Shown: piece by piece, positions 1 through 13,640 of the stretch
Layout: each line of letters begins with the position of its first letter
Numbering within the stretch: position 1 is the stretch's first letter
NCBI GenBank assembly: GCA_964016885.1
Contig: OZ024742.1
Span: 324,632,001-324,696,000 of the forward strand
DNA: 64,000 nucleotides
Source: Eledone cirrhosa
Lineage: Eukaryota
Direction: 5' to 3'
Program-made: the position numbers and the translations under genes
The notes under the pieces: generated by a model
What the model was told of the DNA's origin: nothing
The model's input: the letters and a program-made list of their open reading frames with translations, nothing else
Database searches by the model: none

Positions 1-3000
1 GTTGGTGGTTGTGGTGTTGGTGGTTGTGGTGTTGGTGCTTGTGGTGTTGGTGGTTGTGGTGTTGGTGGTTGTGCTGTTGGTGGTTGTGGTGATGGTGGTT
101 GTGATGTTGGTGGTTGTGGTGTTGGTATTTGTGGTGTTGGTGGTTGTGGTGTTGGTGGTTGTGGTGTTGGTGGTTGTGGTGATGGTGGTTGTGATATTGG
201 TGGTTGTGGTGTTGGTGGTTGTGATGTTGGTGGTTGTGGTGTTGGTGGTTGTGGTGTTGGTGGTTGTGGTGATGGTGGTTGTGATGTTGGTGGTTGTGGT
301 GTTGGTGGTTGTGGTGTTGGTGGTTGTGGTGATAGTGGTTGTGATGTTGGTGGTTGTGGTGGTGGTGGGTGTGGTGTTGGTGGTTGTGGTGTTGGTGGTT
401 GTGGTGTTGGTGGTTGTGGTGTTGGTCGTTGTGGTGTTGGTCGTTGTGGTGTTGGTGGTTGTGGTGTTGGTGGTTGTGGTGTTGGTGGTTGTGGTGTTGG
501 TGGTCGTGGCGTTGGTGGTTGTGGTGTTGGTGGTTGTGGTGTTGGTGGTTGTGGTGTTGGTGGTTGTGGTGTTGGTGGTTGTGGTGATGGTGGTTGTGGT
601 GTTGGTGGTTGTGGTGTTGGTGGAAGTGTTGTTGTTGGTTGTGGTGTTGGTGGTTGTGGTGTTGTTGGTTGTAGTGTTGGTTGTTGTGGTGTTGGTGGTT
701 GTGGTGTTGGAGATTGTGGTGTTGGTGGTTCTGGTGTTGGTGGTTGTGGTGTTGGTGGTTGTGGTGTTGGTGGTTGTGGTGTTGGTGATTGCGGTGTTGG
801 TGGTTGTTGTGTTGGTGGATGTGGTGTTGGTGGTTGTGGTGTTGGTGGAGGTGGTGTTGGTGGTTGTGGTGTTGGTGGTTGTGATGATGGTGGTTGTGGT
901 GTTGGTGGTTGTGGTGTTGGTGGTTGTGGTGTTGGTGGTTGTGATGTTGGTGGTTGTGGTGTTGGTGATTGCGGTGTTGGTGGTTGTGGTGTTGGTGGAT
1001 GTGGTGTTGGTGGTTGTGGTGTTGGTGGAGGTGGTGTTGGTGGTTGTGGTGTTGGTGGTTGTGATGATGGTGGTTGTGGTGTTGGTGGTTGTGGTGTTGG
1101 TGGTTGTGGTGTTGGTGGTTGTGATGTTGGTGGTTGTGGTGTTGGTGGTTGTGGTGTTGGTGGTTGTGGTGTAGGTGGTTGTGGTGATGGTGGTTGTGGT
1201 GTTGGTGGTTGTGGTGTTGGTGGTTGTGGCATTGGTGGTTGTGGTGTTGGTGGTTGTGGTGATGGTGGTTGTGTTGTTGGTGGTTGTGGTGTTGGTGGTT
1301 GTGGTGTTGGTGGTCGTGGCGTTGGTGGTTGTGGTGTTGGTGGTTGTGGTGTTGGTGGTTGTGGTGTTGGTGGTTGTGGTGACGGTGGTTGCGGTGTTGG
1401 TGGTTGTGGTGTTGGTGGTTGTGGTGTTGGTGGAAGTGGTGTTGGTGGTTGTGGTGTTGGTGGTTCTGGTGATGGTGGTTGTGGTGTTGGTGGAAGTGGT
1501 GTTGGTGGTTGTGGTGTTGGTGGTTGTGGTGTTGGTGGAAGTGGTGTTGGTGGTTGTGGTGTTGGTGGTTGTGTTGATGGTGGTTTTGTTGTTGGTGGAA
1601 GTGGTGTTAGTGGTTGTGGTGTTGGTGGTTATGGTCTTGTTGGTTGTGGTGTTGGTGGATGTGGTGTTGGTGGTTGTGGTGATGGTGGTTGTGGTGTTGG
1701 TGGTTGTGGTGTTGGTGGTTGTGGTGATGGTGGTTGTGGTGTTGGTGGTTGTGGTGATGGTGGTTGTGGTGTTGCTGGTTGTGGTGTAGGTGGTTGTGGT
1801 GATGGTGGTTGTGGTGTTGGTGGTTGTGGTGTTGGTGGTTGTGGTGTTGGTGGTTATGGTGTCGGTGGTTGTGGTGATGGTGGTTGTGGTGTTGGTGGTT
1901 GTGGTGTTGGTGGTCGTGGTGTTGGTGGTTGTGGTATTGGTGGAAATGGTTTTGGTGGTTGTGGTGTTGGTGGTTGTGGTGTTGGTGGTTGTGGTGTTGG
2001 TGGTTGTTGTGTTGGTGGTTGTTGTGTCGGTGGTTGTGGTGTTGGTGGTTGTGGTGTTGGTGGTTGTGGTGATGGTGGTTGTGGTGTTGGTGGTTGTGGT
2101 GTTGGTGGTTGTGGTGTTGGTGGTTGTGGTGATGGTGGTTGTGGTGTTGGTGGTTGTGGTGTTGGTGGTTGTGGTGTTGGTGGTTGTGGTGTTGGTGCTT
2201 GTGGTGTTGGTGGTTGTGGTGTTGGTGGTTGTGGTGTTGATGGTTGTGGTGTTGGTGGTTGTGCTGTTGGTGGTTGTGGTGTTGGTGGTTGTGTTGTTGG
2301 TGGTTGTGGTGATGGTGGTTGTGGTGTTGATGGTTGTGGTGTTGGTGGTTGTGGTGTTGGTGGTTGTGGTGTTGGTGGTTGTGGTGTTGCTGGTTATGGT
2401 GTTGGTGGTAGTAGTGATGGTGGTTGTGGTGTTGGTGGTTGTGGTGATGGTGGTTGTGGTGTTGGTGGTTATGGTGTTGGTGGTTGTGGTTTTGGTAGTT
2501 GTGGCGTTGATGGTTGTGGTGTTGGTGGTTGTGGTGTTGGTGGTTGTGTTGTTGGTGGTTGTGGTGATGGTGGTTGTGTTGTTGGTGGTGGTGGTGTTGG
2601 TGGTTGTGGTGTTGGTGGTTGTGGTGTTGGTGGTTGTGGTGATGGTGCTTGTGGTGTTGGTGGTTGTGGTGTTGGTGGTTGTGGTGTTGGTAGTTGTGGC
2701 GTTGATGGTTGTGGTGTTGGTGGTTGTGTTGTTGGTGGTTGTGGTGATGGTGGTTGTGGTGTTGGTGGTTGTGGTGATGGTGGTTGTGGTGTTGGTGGTT
2801 GTGGTGTTGCTGGTTATGGTGTTGGTGGTAGTAGTGATGGTGGTTTTGGTGTTGGTGGTTGTGGTGATGGTGGTTGTGGTGTTGGTGGTTGTGGTGTTGG
2901 TGGTTGTGGTTTTGGTAGTTGTGGCGTTGATGGTTGTGGTGTTGGTGGTTGTGGTGTTGGTGGTTGTGTTGTTGGTGGTTGTGGTGATGGTGGTTGTGTT

Positions 3001-3970
3001 GTTGGTGGTGGTGGTGTTGGTGGTTGTGGTGTTGGTGGTTGTGGTGTTGGTGGTTGTGGTGTTGGTGGTTGTGGTGTTGCTGGTTGTGGTGTTGGTGGTT
3101 GTGGTGATGGTGGTTGTGGTGTTGGTGGTTGTGGTATTGGTGGTTGTGGTGTTGGTAGTTGTGGTCTTGGTGATTGTGGTCTTGGTGGATGTGGTCTTGG
3201 TGGTTGTTGTGCTGGTGGTTGTGGTGTCGGTGGTTGTGGTGTTGGTGGTTGTGGTGTTGGTGGTTGTGGTGTTGGTGGTTGTGGTGTTGGTGGTTGTGGT
3301 GATGGTGGTTGTGGTGTTGGTGTTTGTGGTGTTGGTGGTTGTGGTGTTGGTGGTTGTGGTGTTGGTGCTTGTGGTGTTGGTGGTTGTGGTGTGGGTGGTT
3401 GTGGTGTTGCTGGTTGTGGTGTTGGTGGTTGTTGTGTTGGTGGTTGTGGTGATGGTGGTTGTGGTGTTGGTGGTTGTGGTGTTGGTGGTTGTGGTGTTGG
3501 TGGTTGTGGTGTTGGTGCTTGTGGTGTTGGTGGTTGTGGTGTTGGTGGTTGTGGTGTTGCTGGTTGTGGTGTTGGTGGTTGTGCTGTTGGTGTTTGTGGT
3601 GTTGGTGGTTGTGGTGTTGGTGGTTGTGGTGATGGTGGTTGTGGTGTTGATGGTTGTGGTGTTGGTGGTTGTGGTGTTGGTGGTTGTGGTGTTGGTGGTT
3701 GTGGTGTTGCTGGTTATAGTGTTGGTGGTAGTAGTGATGGTGGTTGTGGTGTTGGTGGTTGTGGTGTTGGTGGTTGTGGTGTTGGTGGTTGTGGTGTTGG
3801 TGGTTGTGGTGTTGCTGGTTATAGTGTTGGTGGTAGTAGTGATGGTGGTTGTGGTGTTGATGGTTGTGGTGTTGGTGGTTGTGGTGTTGGTGGTTGTGGT
3901 GTTGGTGGTTGTGGTGTTGCTGGTTATAGTGTTGGTGGTAGTAGTGATGGTGGTTGTGGTGTTGGTGGTG
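1..3970. repeat. 15-bp minisatellite (GTTGGTGGTTGTGGT)n, about 265 units, running off the left edge
   Basis: Unit phase is kept through the whole array with substitutions only. Higher-order blocks occur (781-960 ~ 961-1140). Confidence 0.97.
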
Positions 3971-4214
3971 TTAGTGACAATGATGTTGATGATAATCCTA
4001 TTTAAAACATCTCATTGTTTCCTCGTACTTCTACACCATTGTTTTTGCTGTTGTTTCTGATGATGATAACATCGTTAATGATGATAATGATGATGATGAT
4101 GATGGTATGGTGATGAAGATGTTGATGATGTTGATGATGATGAAGATGATGATGATGGTGATGATATTGATTTTATTTGTATGTTGTTGTTTATGATAAT
4201 GATGATGATGATAA

Positions 4215-4332
4215 TAATTGTTTCTACTTTTTGGCCAAGGCCAGCAATCACCCAGTGCATTACTGGTACTTCATTTTATCGACCCCGTAAGGGTGAAAGG
4301 CAAAGTAAACCTCGGCGGGATTTGAACTCAGA
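4215..4332 (-). mobile_element. tRNA-derived SINE (Nin/Deu-like core), 5'-truncated
   Basis: Minus strand reads B-box GAGTTCAAATCCC, core GCCTTTCA.CCTTACGGGGTCGATAAAAT..GTACCAGT and tail GTAGAAACAATTATTA. Many copies in the window. Confidence 0.85.
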
Positions 4333-4377
4333 TCGATGATGACGCCGATAAAAGTAATGATGATCGTGTAGTTGTTG

Positions 4378-4408
<31 letters not shown>

Positions 4409-4717
4409 TGATGATGATCGTGTTGAGGATGATGAGGATGATGTTAATGATGATGACGATGATGATGTTTATGATGATGATGATGAAGATGATATAGATG
4501 ATGATGATGATGTTAATGATGGTGGTGATGAGGATAACGATGATGATGATGAAAGACGTCTGCGTTCTGTATAACGGTAGGAAATAAATTACTTATTTCT
4601 TTATAAGATGCCAGTGAAGACTGATTGATATGCTGTATCAATGAAATGATGTTATTGGTATCGTTGTTGTTATTGTTATTTTCATTGTTATTTGAAAACT
4701 CACTTGTCTCCCATGAA

Positions 4718-4719
<2 letters not shown>

Positions 4720-4748
<29 letters not shown>

Positions 4749-4843
4749 CTTCTTCTTCTTCTTCTTCTTCTTCTTCTTCTTCTTCTTCTTCTTCTTCTTC
4801 TTCTTCTTCTTCTTCTTCTTCTTCTTCTTCTTCTTCTTCTTCT
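4720..4843. repeat. (TTC)n microsatellite
   Basis: Pure trinucleotide run. Confidence 0.97.
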
Positions 4844-7800
4844 TTTTATTTCTTCTTACCCCCTTCTCTTCTTTTCGTCTTCCTCCTCATCCCCATCCTC
4901 ATCATCATCAGCATCTCCATCGTCAGCATCTCCATGGTAACCATTATCACCTTCATCAACCACACTGCCGTCACCCTCATCGTTGCCACTGTTGTATCTA
5001 TTCTTGTTATGGTGTTTGCCTCCGTGATTAATGTTGAAAATATTGTTGAAGAATTTAAAGTGTTTTAACTCTGGGGACTCTCGTTGTTTCTAGTATTTTT
5101 AACAATTTTGTCTTAGTTAGTGAAGTGTAGTGGTGTGGTATACAAGGTTTATGGATGGAAACTGATGGATAACACACTATAAGGTGCATTTTTTCCTTTT
5201 TTTTTGTGTGTTTTGAGTTCCAAGCCTGACAAGCTCATTCATTGCCATTCCATAAAATTAAAGTAACAGTTGTTGGTATGGTCGTTGAAAAGAGATGTCC
5301 AGTGGCGTTTGGGGAGTATTGATAGCAACAATGTTTAGATATTTACTTACGTCTGGACTGGGTTCTGTGATCAAATCTCGCTAAGGTCAAATCTTGCCAT
5401 TCTTTCGTCTTAGGCCAGTTAAAATGATGCAGCTGTTGTTTTGTAATTGCTACTGTTGAGTCCTGATAGAGCAGTTGTATGATCAAATATATTTATGCTG
5501 AAACCATCCCAACCTTTGAACTACGGAGAACTCAGAAACACACGATTCTAACGAATATATGGGATTTGAGAAAATAATTTGGTTGCCATCTTAGCTGGTT
5601 GAGCACACACATGGAAACACCTTCTTTGGCTCCTATTGTACAGGTTATGTACTGCAGTCGATAATAACGGCTCTGGACTTTTCCTCAAGTATTGTGATAT
5701 TGATCCATGTTATAAATTACTATTAAAATTAAGATAATTATCGTAGTTGAAACAGCCGGAGAGTGGCACAGCCATTCGGATGACTGCGCCACTCTTCGCC
5801 ACATTTACGTATTCAATTAATTCCTATTGCCGTTCAAATTCAGTTGAGAACTCGGTAGAGAAAAACAAGGAGAGAAGGAGAGATAGGGCAATCTAATCGT
5901 TATTCATACCCAAATGATGATGATAGCTTCTCAGTCGTTCGATCCAGTGAACGCCCGAGTCTTGAATGGGCAAGTGATTGTTTATTCAGCACATTTGAGT
6001 ACCCTTAACGTAATTGTCTAACATAATCAACGTAACAAAATATGTGGCAAGTCTAGAGATTTGAATTAAAAATTCAATCTATCCGACACACTTCCAGAGA
6101 GTCTCCTTATACCTATCTTCATTAACACGCCTTGATTTGACTCACGGTTATGATGCCACACAATGCTATTGAACCTGGGATTGCTAGGCAGACTTATTAA
6201 TCATTCAGCTATGTCTACATTCCTGTTCTACGACAGAACATAAATGTATAGGGCATGCCACGTTCTAAAAATGGGGAAATAAAACAAGACAGAAGGAGAA
6301 AGGGAATAGAAAGGAGAAAGATATTTCATTAGCTGATCGTATTCACACGAGCAACTATATATTATATGCATTCATGTCCGTGTGCATGTGTGTGTATACA
6401 TTAAGGCAACATGTATCGATATGAGATTTAAACGTCCACGAAAATGAAGTTCTTTGTTATATTTGTTCTATAAGTTACACACACTCCCTTTCCTCCGTTA
6501 GAACATTTTTAAAACAGTGATTGTTCTCTCATCCGACACGTGTATCCAATGTGATAGTGATTACTAATTGACATATATAAAAATATTCAACGAGAAATAA
6601 ACGAGTTAAGGTTATCAGCATCCCCATCAGTTAGAAGAGAAACGTCTATTTTTACAAACCCAGACATTTAAAAAAAATTCTAAAAATCAATAATTTAACA
6701 AGTATAAAAGTGTATTGCTAGACACTTATTTGCTTTAATAAGAAAGGAGGCCATAGACTTACAGGAAAAGAAAAATCTTGAAGTCATTGTTAAAAACATG
6801 ATTTATTTTTAACGTCTTGTACCACATTAATTTGAAACCACATTAGCTAGAAAAGTAAAACTCACCATCATCACTGCATCAAATTAAATATTAAAGTCTT
6901 TATTTTACTGCAAATTTTCTGAACCCTCTACCTAAAGTAAATATATTACAAAACATTTGTCTTATGATGACAGGACATTAAATGTTCATATAAACTATGT
7001 ATGATGACTTCTATATCAAAACAAAGATTACTATATCACTTTTGATGACATGGCGTCTGATATTTTGGGCACGAGTTAATCGAGTAAATTGACCGCAGTA
7101 TTTGACTCGTACTTTAGGTTATTTCTCCTGAAGAATGATATAAATATCTCGAAGGTGGAATTTGAACAAACAATGTAAAGAACCATGGTACATATCGAGA
7201 TGCTAAATCCATTCAATACTTGTTTCATTGTTTTACTAATTTAGTGAGATTATCACAAATGCGCAAACACACGACTGATTTAACTAACTCCATATTTGTG
7301 AGATAGCAAAGTATTTTCTATGAATTCAGTGTATCACTACGGAAGCCAAACCTAACTCATTGTCGGGTTGTTGAAGCCACAAACGTCAGAGGCACTCATC
7401 GATAATGCCAACAATCCCCAGTACGAATGATTCATTATCAAATAATCTCGAATTTATATTGTGCCTAAAAACATATGACAGAGTTGTCACGACTGTAACA
7501 CTTTGGTTATACGTCTTCTGTGTTAGGGTTAAACAAAAACGAGAAATTCTAGCCTAATGTGGCAAAAGTTGTTCATCGCTTTTGAAAGATCAAAACTTCT
7601 AAGCACGAAACCTTCCAATTATTCAGTGCATTCATTAGAGCAGACGCTGGATATCAATATAATACTACACTCGATATTAACAACACAAATAATCTAGTCC
7701 ACAAAACCAAATACTACCTTAAAGTAGTGAGATGAAGTTAAATTTCTGTGGAAATTCAGAAGAACGCAAGTTGTAAATATAAACATAAAACAAAAACAGT

Positions 7801-8591
7801 AGTTTATACTTTTTCCGTAAATTTCAATATTTCATGTTTGTTCCACGTTTATGGAACAACGTCGCGAGCTGGTATATATTGCTCTTATTTGTGTATTGCA
7901 TCTAGTTAAATTAAGATTAACATATTTAATGCATGAGACATTAAATATCTAAGTTGATATAAATGTACGCTGAGAGCAAATTGTATCAGTCGATAATTGA
8001 TATTATTTCCATTTTTCCTGACATGTATGTGTGATAACAGTCATTGCTAAAATTGTAGAACTTTTTCGACACTTTCCAAAGAACTTTAATAACTTTAAAG
8101 AACCCTCTTTCACGATTTCCTGTCAAACAAACTGACATTGTAAACCACTATATTTGCTTTCATTCACCTTGAACACACTAGAATTTCTCATAACTTCACT
8201 ATACATGTTTCATCTTGTACACACAATGGTTCAAAGTGAAACCTTCTCTGGTATGTCAATATGGTCTTCATTCCATTATATACAAATCCAAGGACAGGAA
8301 CTGGCTACTACTTTATTTTGTATTTCTCTATATACCAAGAGCTAGCCTAATCTATGAGATATGATAGTGTCTCCTTCCAACAGCTTTTTGCAATCTCATT
8401 CACTACAATAATTGTTTCTACTTTTGGCACAAGGCCAGCAATTACCCAGTGCGATAGCTATCACTGCAAAGATACATAGCAGTTATCACATTAAATATCT
8501 CTGCTTCTCCATCACCCCGGTATTTTATTTTAGAACCAGATAAATCGGAGAGCCATCCCGATATTGTTACTCTTGACGCGAGAAACCTTAC

Positions 8592-8653
8592 CTGTAGATA
8601 CTCACAACACACGATTCCAACGTGCGCTGACGAGGACCTTTTCCATGCATATT
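8592..8653 (-). CDS. possible 62-nt internal host exon
   Basis: Minus strand: TATACAG|AATATG...CTACAG|GTAAGG, with an alternative GTGAGT donor 14 nt earlier. One open frame reads YAWKRSSSAHVGIVCCEYLQ. No homology recognised. Confidence 0.2.
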
Positions 8654-9630
8654 CTGTATACTACAATATACCCCATAATTACATGTCAAATTCGGTTCTT
8701 TGTAGTATTGATGAATTAGTATAAGGTGTGTAGGAAATAATACATGAGCTTGGCGATTCAGTAGTGAGGTTGTGAGTTTGATTCCAGATCCGGGCGATAC
8801 GTTGTCTTCTTGAGCAAGACACTATTTTCCGTTGATTCTGTAGTCCGAGGACTTATTTTCCCTTTCTACTATATTAACGATACCGAAAGCTCTAGTAAAA
8901 GAACAAAATGATCAGTTGCTGAGGCTGCCTCTCATTTCTGGAGACGTTTTCTGTTTCGTCTGCATAGAATTAGATTAAGAGCCGATTTCGGTTATGGCTG
9001 ACTATATGGTTGTACCAGGAAAGTTCCTATCCACCTAAGCAAGGTGTTTTATGAAAGACTAACGGCAGTCACCCATGTATACAAATCCTCCTTCTCCATG
9101 CCACCGATATTGTTCAAGGGAAAGGCTGATTCAGCTTGGTACCAGTGCTATCGCAACTCATTTTTTTTGCAGCTGCTTGTGTTGAAACATCATGAAACAA
9201 AGTGTCTTGCTTAAAAACACAAAGCGCTTCCTGATCTGGGAGCTCACTCAGGCATAAAATTATCTCTCTCCGACAATCAAATACATACAAAAACATATTT
9301 AAATAGAAAAAATACAATTAAAACATATGCAATACTAGCAATAACATATGGTTTGGTGGTATTAACATACCTAGACTGTATAACCTGTAAGAGAAAGAAG
9401 ACAAATAAGAGATGACTACTGAATGCCTGGGAGCAGTTTAAAAAGAGTTATAAATATTACTCATTATATTTGAGAAGCAGCACTTACTCGGAAAAGTAAA
9501 TGCTGCTTCTTTTTTACTATGATCGTAGAAATATTAGTAGAGACCTATATTATCTACAACAATGTTATCTTAAAAAAATTGATTTAGATTTCAGAGAACT
9601 AAAATCTAAACTTAAAACAAAGTAAACACG

Positions 9631-9791
9631 ACAGGCATAGCTATGTAGTTAAATAGTTTGCTTCACAACCACATGGTTTCAGTTTCAGTCCCACTGCAGG
9701 GAACATTGGAGAGTGTTTTCTAGTACAATCTTGGGTTGACCAATGCCCAGAGCCTGAAAGTTTGTAAACGGAAACAGTGTGGAAGCCCGTC
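9631..9791 (+). mobile_element. degenerate tRNA-headed SINE of a second family
   Basis: A-box-like TAGCTATGTAGTTAA, B-box-like GTTTCAGTCCC, ends GGAAGCCCGTC followed by TA-rich sequence. Confidence 0.55.
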
Positions 9792-10234
9792 TTATATATA
9801 CATGTGTGTTTTCGTGTATATATTAAGGTTTACTGTTTCTCTATTTCCTGTGACTTAGGATTTCGATGAAAAAGATCGATAAAGTAATTACTGGGCTTGA
9901 AAAATAAATATTGGCGTCGATATAAACGTCTTCGAGGATGTGACACAGTAAGGCCACTGACTAATGATTGAAGCCAGTAAACGCCTACTGATAACGATAG
10001 GCAGAAATAAAATGTATCATGTATTTTAAATAAAGCGTATAATGCCGTAAGTGATGTGGTGGTTAAACATTGATAACTTTATACCTCAGCTTCTCGTTGT
10101 TAGATAGTTATCAGCTGAGACAGTTTTAGCTATCAATATATATATATATATATATATACTCGCACGCATACACACACACACACACACACACACGCACGTG
10201 CGCACACACACACACACGCACACACAAATATATC

Positions 10235-10291
<57 letters not shown>

Positions 10292-10438
10292 CCGTATGTG
10301 GCTGACTACTGAGAAAAATAGTACTCAATATCGAAGTAGAGTTTTAATATTCATTATATTAAGGTTAAATAGTGACTGATCTTACTCTGGAGTTTCGAGT
10401 AATGAATGTATTATTAATTTTCCTAACTTTATTATTAA

Positions 10439-11265
10439 CTAGACCACCCGTGACCCGTTGGGTCACGTTCATTTGAAGACAATTTTTAAATAATTAAATT
10501 ATACACAGACATGTATATAATGTAAACCAAAATTGGAAGGTCATTCTCACTTAAGAATATTTTTTAAATATGCCAAAACATATTTTTTTAATCGTATTCA
10601 CTTGAAAATAATTTAAAAAAATTTGTTAATATTGTCTATGTAAAGAAAGCTAAAATATAAATACTTACTGTACGAACAACTTGTATTTTCGATACAAAAA
10701 ATTAAGATATTGTCTGTGTAAAGAAACTAAAATATAAATACTTACCGTTCGAACAACTTCTAAAAGCAAAAATTTACATTTAATGTAAAAACAACTTAAT
10801 GATGTTTTTTTTTTTAATAATTAAAATATAGTCTGTTTAATCGCCTGTTTAAAGAAAGCTGAAATATAGATACTTAAAGTAGAAAAAACTTGTATTTTTG
10901 AAATCATATTCACTGACAAATCACTGAAAAGAATTTTTTAAATGTATTTTTTAAATCCTATTCACTTAAAAATATTTTTTGAATGATGAAAATAATGTCT
11001 ATATCCGATTTACGCCAAACTTGTTTTATTCTGTTTGTATTCCCATTTCAGGGTTATTTTACTTTTGGAGTATGAAGGTACCCGGAAAACCCCGTATCTC
11101 AGGAACGCGTGCATCGATTTACGCGAAACTTGTTTTATTTCATTTGTATTCCCATTTCAGCAGGGTCAACTTCCTTTCAATGTATTTTCCCATTATGCAC
11201 CCTTTTGGCTGTATTACATTACAGACAATCAAACAAGCAATCACAGGCATTTAGTATTATATAGA
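10439..11265 (-). mobile_element. non-autonomous Helitron
   Basis: Minus strand begins A|TCTATATAATA and ends with an 8-bp GC-rich hairpin (CGTGACCC-AAC-GGGTCACG, 10449-10467) 6 nt before CTAG|T. A|T target, no TSD. Internal ~75-bp tandem repeats. Confidence 0.85.
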
Positions 11266-11699
11266 TAATCTGTGACGTACGTGTATTCTCTTCTTCCCCC
11301 AATAATTTCAACGATTTACATTTAACACGATGTGGGACTTTCTTCTTCTTGCCTTTCGTTTCCCTGTTTTCTTTTCTTGGTCTCAAGAGACCCTCGAGCC
11401 ATAAATAACGTAATACCTTCTCCCTGATGTGACAAAAAATCTGTGTACATTTTATAGCTTAATTGTTAGAATGTATTTGTTTGTCTTGTCTCCTACTCCA
11501 TGGACATCGCTGTGGCTTGTGTCAGACACTGTGGCCCAAGGTGGAGCAGCAGTGCCGTTGGTAGGGGTCGAAACTGCCAAAGTCTATCTCAACCGGTTAA
11601 GACCCTGGATCCTGTGTCTTTCGTTTGTACTTTTATCTAAAAAAATATTTAAAAAAAAATTGTTTTTCGTTTTGCATTGTTTTCGTTAATTTTCCCAAG

Positions 11700-12730
11700 T
11701 TTATCTCTCTCCCTCTCCCCGAGCCACCTACACCCCTTCACGCACACACATCCCACTAACACCTCTACTAATATACACCCCATCGCCCCACTTCACCACC
11801 TTCCTCCTACACCCTTCACGCCTACCCATCCTCTCCCTTGTCCACCGCGACCTCCGCGCACACAGACACACACACAGTCCTCACCACCCTGACCTCACTC
11901 TACCTGTCATCCCGCTCGACTGCTATCTCTTCCTCCTGCTCTACTGATATCTCTTCACCCTTCCTTGACCCTCTGACCACTTCCTGTTGCGCGCGCAACC
12001 CACTTCCCTCCACTTCCGACCACTACCAACATTGGATTCTACACTACCGGGCACTTCTCCAGCCATCCACTCCATAACATGAAAAATATCCAGCAACTCT
12101 TCACACACCCAACGGAACTACCTCAGGAACTTACCCACGAACATACACTCACATTTTCTTTCGCACCATGCCACCCACATCCACACCACATATAAACACA
12201 AACACGCACGTGCGTACCCCCACATATATACACACTCAACCTCCGGAATCCACACGCCACCTCCCCCACCCATCACCCCTCTCTTTCCACACGCACGCAC
12301 ACACCTACTTACACCCCACCCCACGCACACACCTTTTCCTGAACATGGAACCTCGTTCTTCCTCAAACTCTCACATACACACGCACACACATACACAAAC
12401 ACCACCTTCAGCCTTCCCCGCTTCGATCCCCGCCTCCCTCTCCCAACTCCACCCGCCACCACCATTACACGCCTCACACCCTTCCACCACTTGTTCATCT
12501 TATTGTTTATTCTTATGTTTATTTTTACGTTTACTTTTATTTATATTTGTTCTCCTTCCCCCTTTTTTCTAAATGTATTTCCACACACCCTCTGAACTCT
12601 CTTCCTAACCTATTTACTCTTGAAGAAGGGCTTATGCCCGAAACGTCCCCCCCACTCTCAAAAGCGTGGACCTGATAAACCTTTATTTGTCTGCCTCTCT
12701 GTTTTGTTCCCGTATAAATTTGCATTATAT
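11700..12730 (+). mobile_element. 3' remnant (C/A-rich UTR plus hammerhead) of a Neptune-type PLE related to 59092-63092
   Basis: Shares CCACTTCCTGTT, CCTCCGGA.TCC, CCTGAACATG and TGAAGAAGGGCTTATGCCCGAAACGTC (12620-12647) with 62.1-63.1 kb. Ends in TA-rich sequence. Confidence 0.85.
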
Positions 12731-12741
12731 AATATATATTT

Positions 12742-13119
12742 GTCAAGGCAGAATTGTAGGAGAAGGAAAACTCTGATATAACACCTGCAACCCTGATGGT
12801 ATCCAATGATGTTGACTTGTTCTTCTTTTTGGTAAATATCATCTTGGTTAAGAGAGTGGGACTGGCTTTGTGCAGTGCCTTTGCTCACTATAAAAGCTTC
12901 ACGGCACAGGCATTGGTTTATATCTGGAGATCTCTCTGCACTTGTCCTCACATGGTACCATGGGCCCAGCACTATGTGTCAATAATTGTCACAAGTGTTT
13001 GTACCAGAGTTTTCAAGTCGCTGGCTGGACTAAAATGTCACACTCGTTCAGCGCATCGGTAGGGGTTCTCCTACATGAATATAAAGTAGTGGCCGTACTC
13101 GAAAACGAGTTGGCAGCCA

Positions 13120-13121
<2 letters not shown>
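12742..13121 (+). mobile_element. ~370-bp dispersed repeat (SINE-like, with an RTE-5'UTR-like motif TAGGAGAAGGAAAACTCTGA)
   Basis: Near-identical inverted copy at 51965-52336. Followed by (AT)n. Confidence 0.75.
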
Positions 13122-13214
<93 letters not shown>

Positions 13215-13553
13215 ACATAGCCATGTAAAATTTAGAAATAGAAAAAACTGATAGTAATATTATCTAGAAAAGAATAGGTGTTTTAAATAGATAGACCAAG
13301 ATACAAGACTCCGTTTAGCGGGCGCAATATTTTTCCAGCCATCTTAATATTTGCAGAAAATTGAGGGCGTGTTTAAAAACAAACACAGGTTTAGCCTTTA
13401 AGTGGTGCAGGAAGAGCGAAACTAACCACCCCACGAAGATACTGGTTAGTTTAACTACAAATGTTCAATGCAAAAGGTTGAATAACTGTGAAAATAAAAC
13501 AAACATACACGAGCGATATAGAGCACACATTGAAAGACAGAACAACAAAGAGT

Positions 13554-13588
<35 letters not shown>

Positions 13589-13596
13589 AATAATAA

Positions 13597-13640
13597 TTTC
13601 ATTTATTGGCCACAAGGCCGACATGTAGGGGACAATAGAT
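13597..13640 (-). mobile_element. extreme 3' tip of a Tx1-like LINE
   Basis: Matches the 3' end at 22535-22580 (GGCCGACAT.TAGGGGACAATA on the plus strand). Abuts (AAT)n. Confidence 0.7.

Noticed and set aside
2-4060. Poly-Val/Leu ORFs in the track
   Set aside because: Translation of the minisatellite; broken by stops and not a plausible protein.
8627-8640. CTGACGAG hammerhead-like core
   Set aside because: No GAAA or stems downstream.
11424-11590. CTGATGT-GAC...GTC-GAAAC..GTC possible long hammerhead
   Set aside because: Core mismatch and no stem I pairing.
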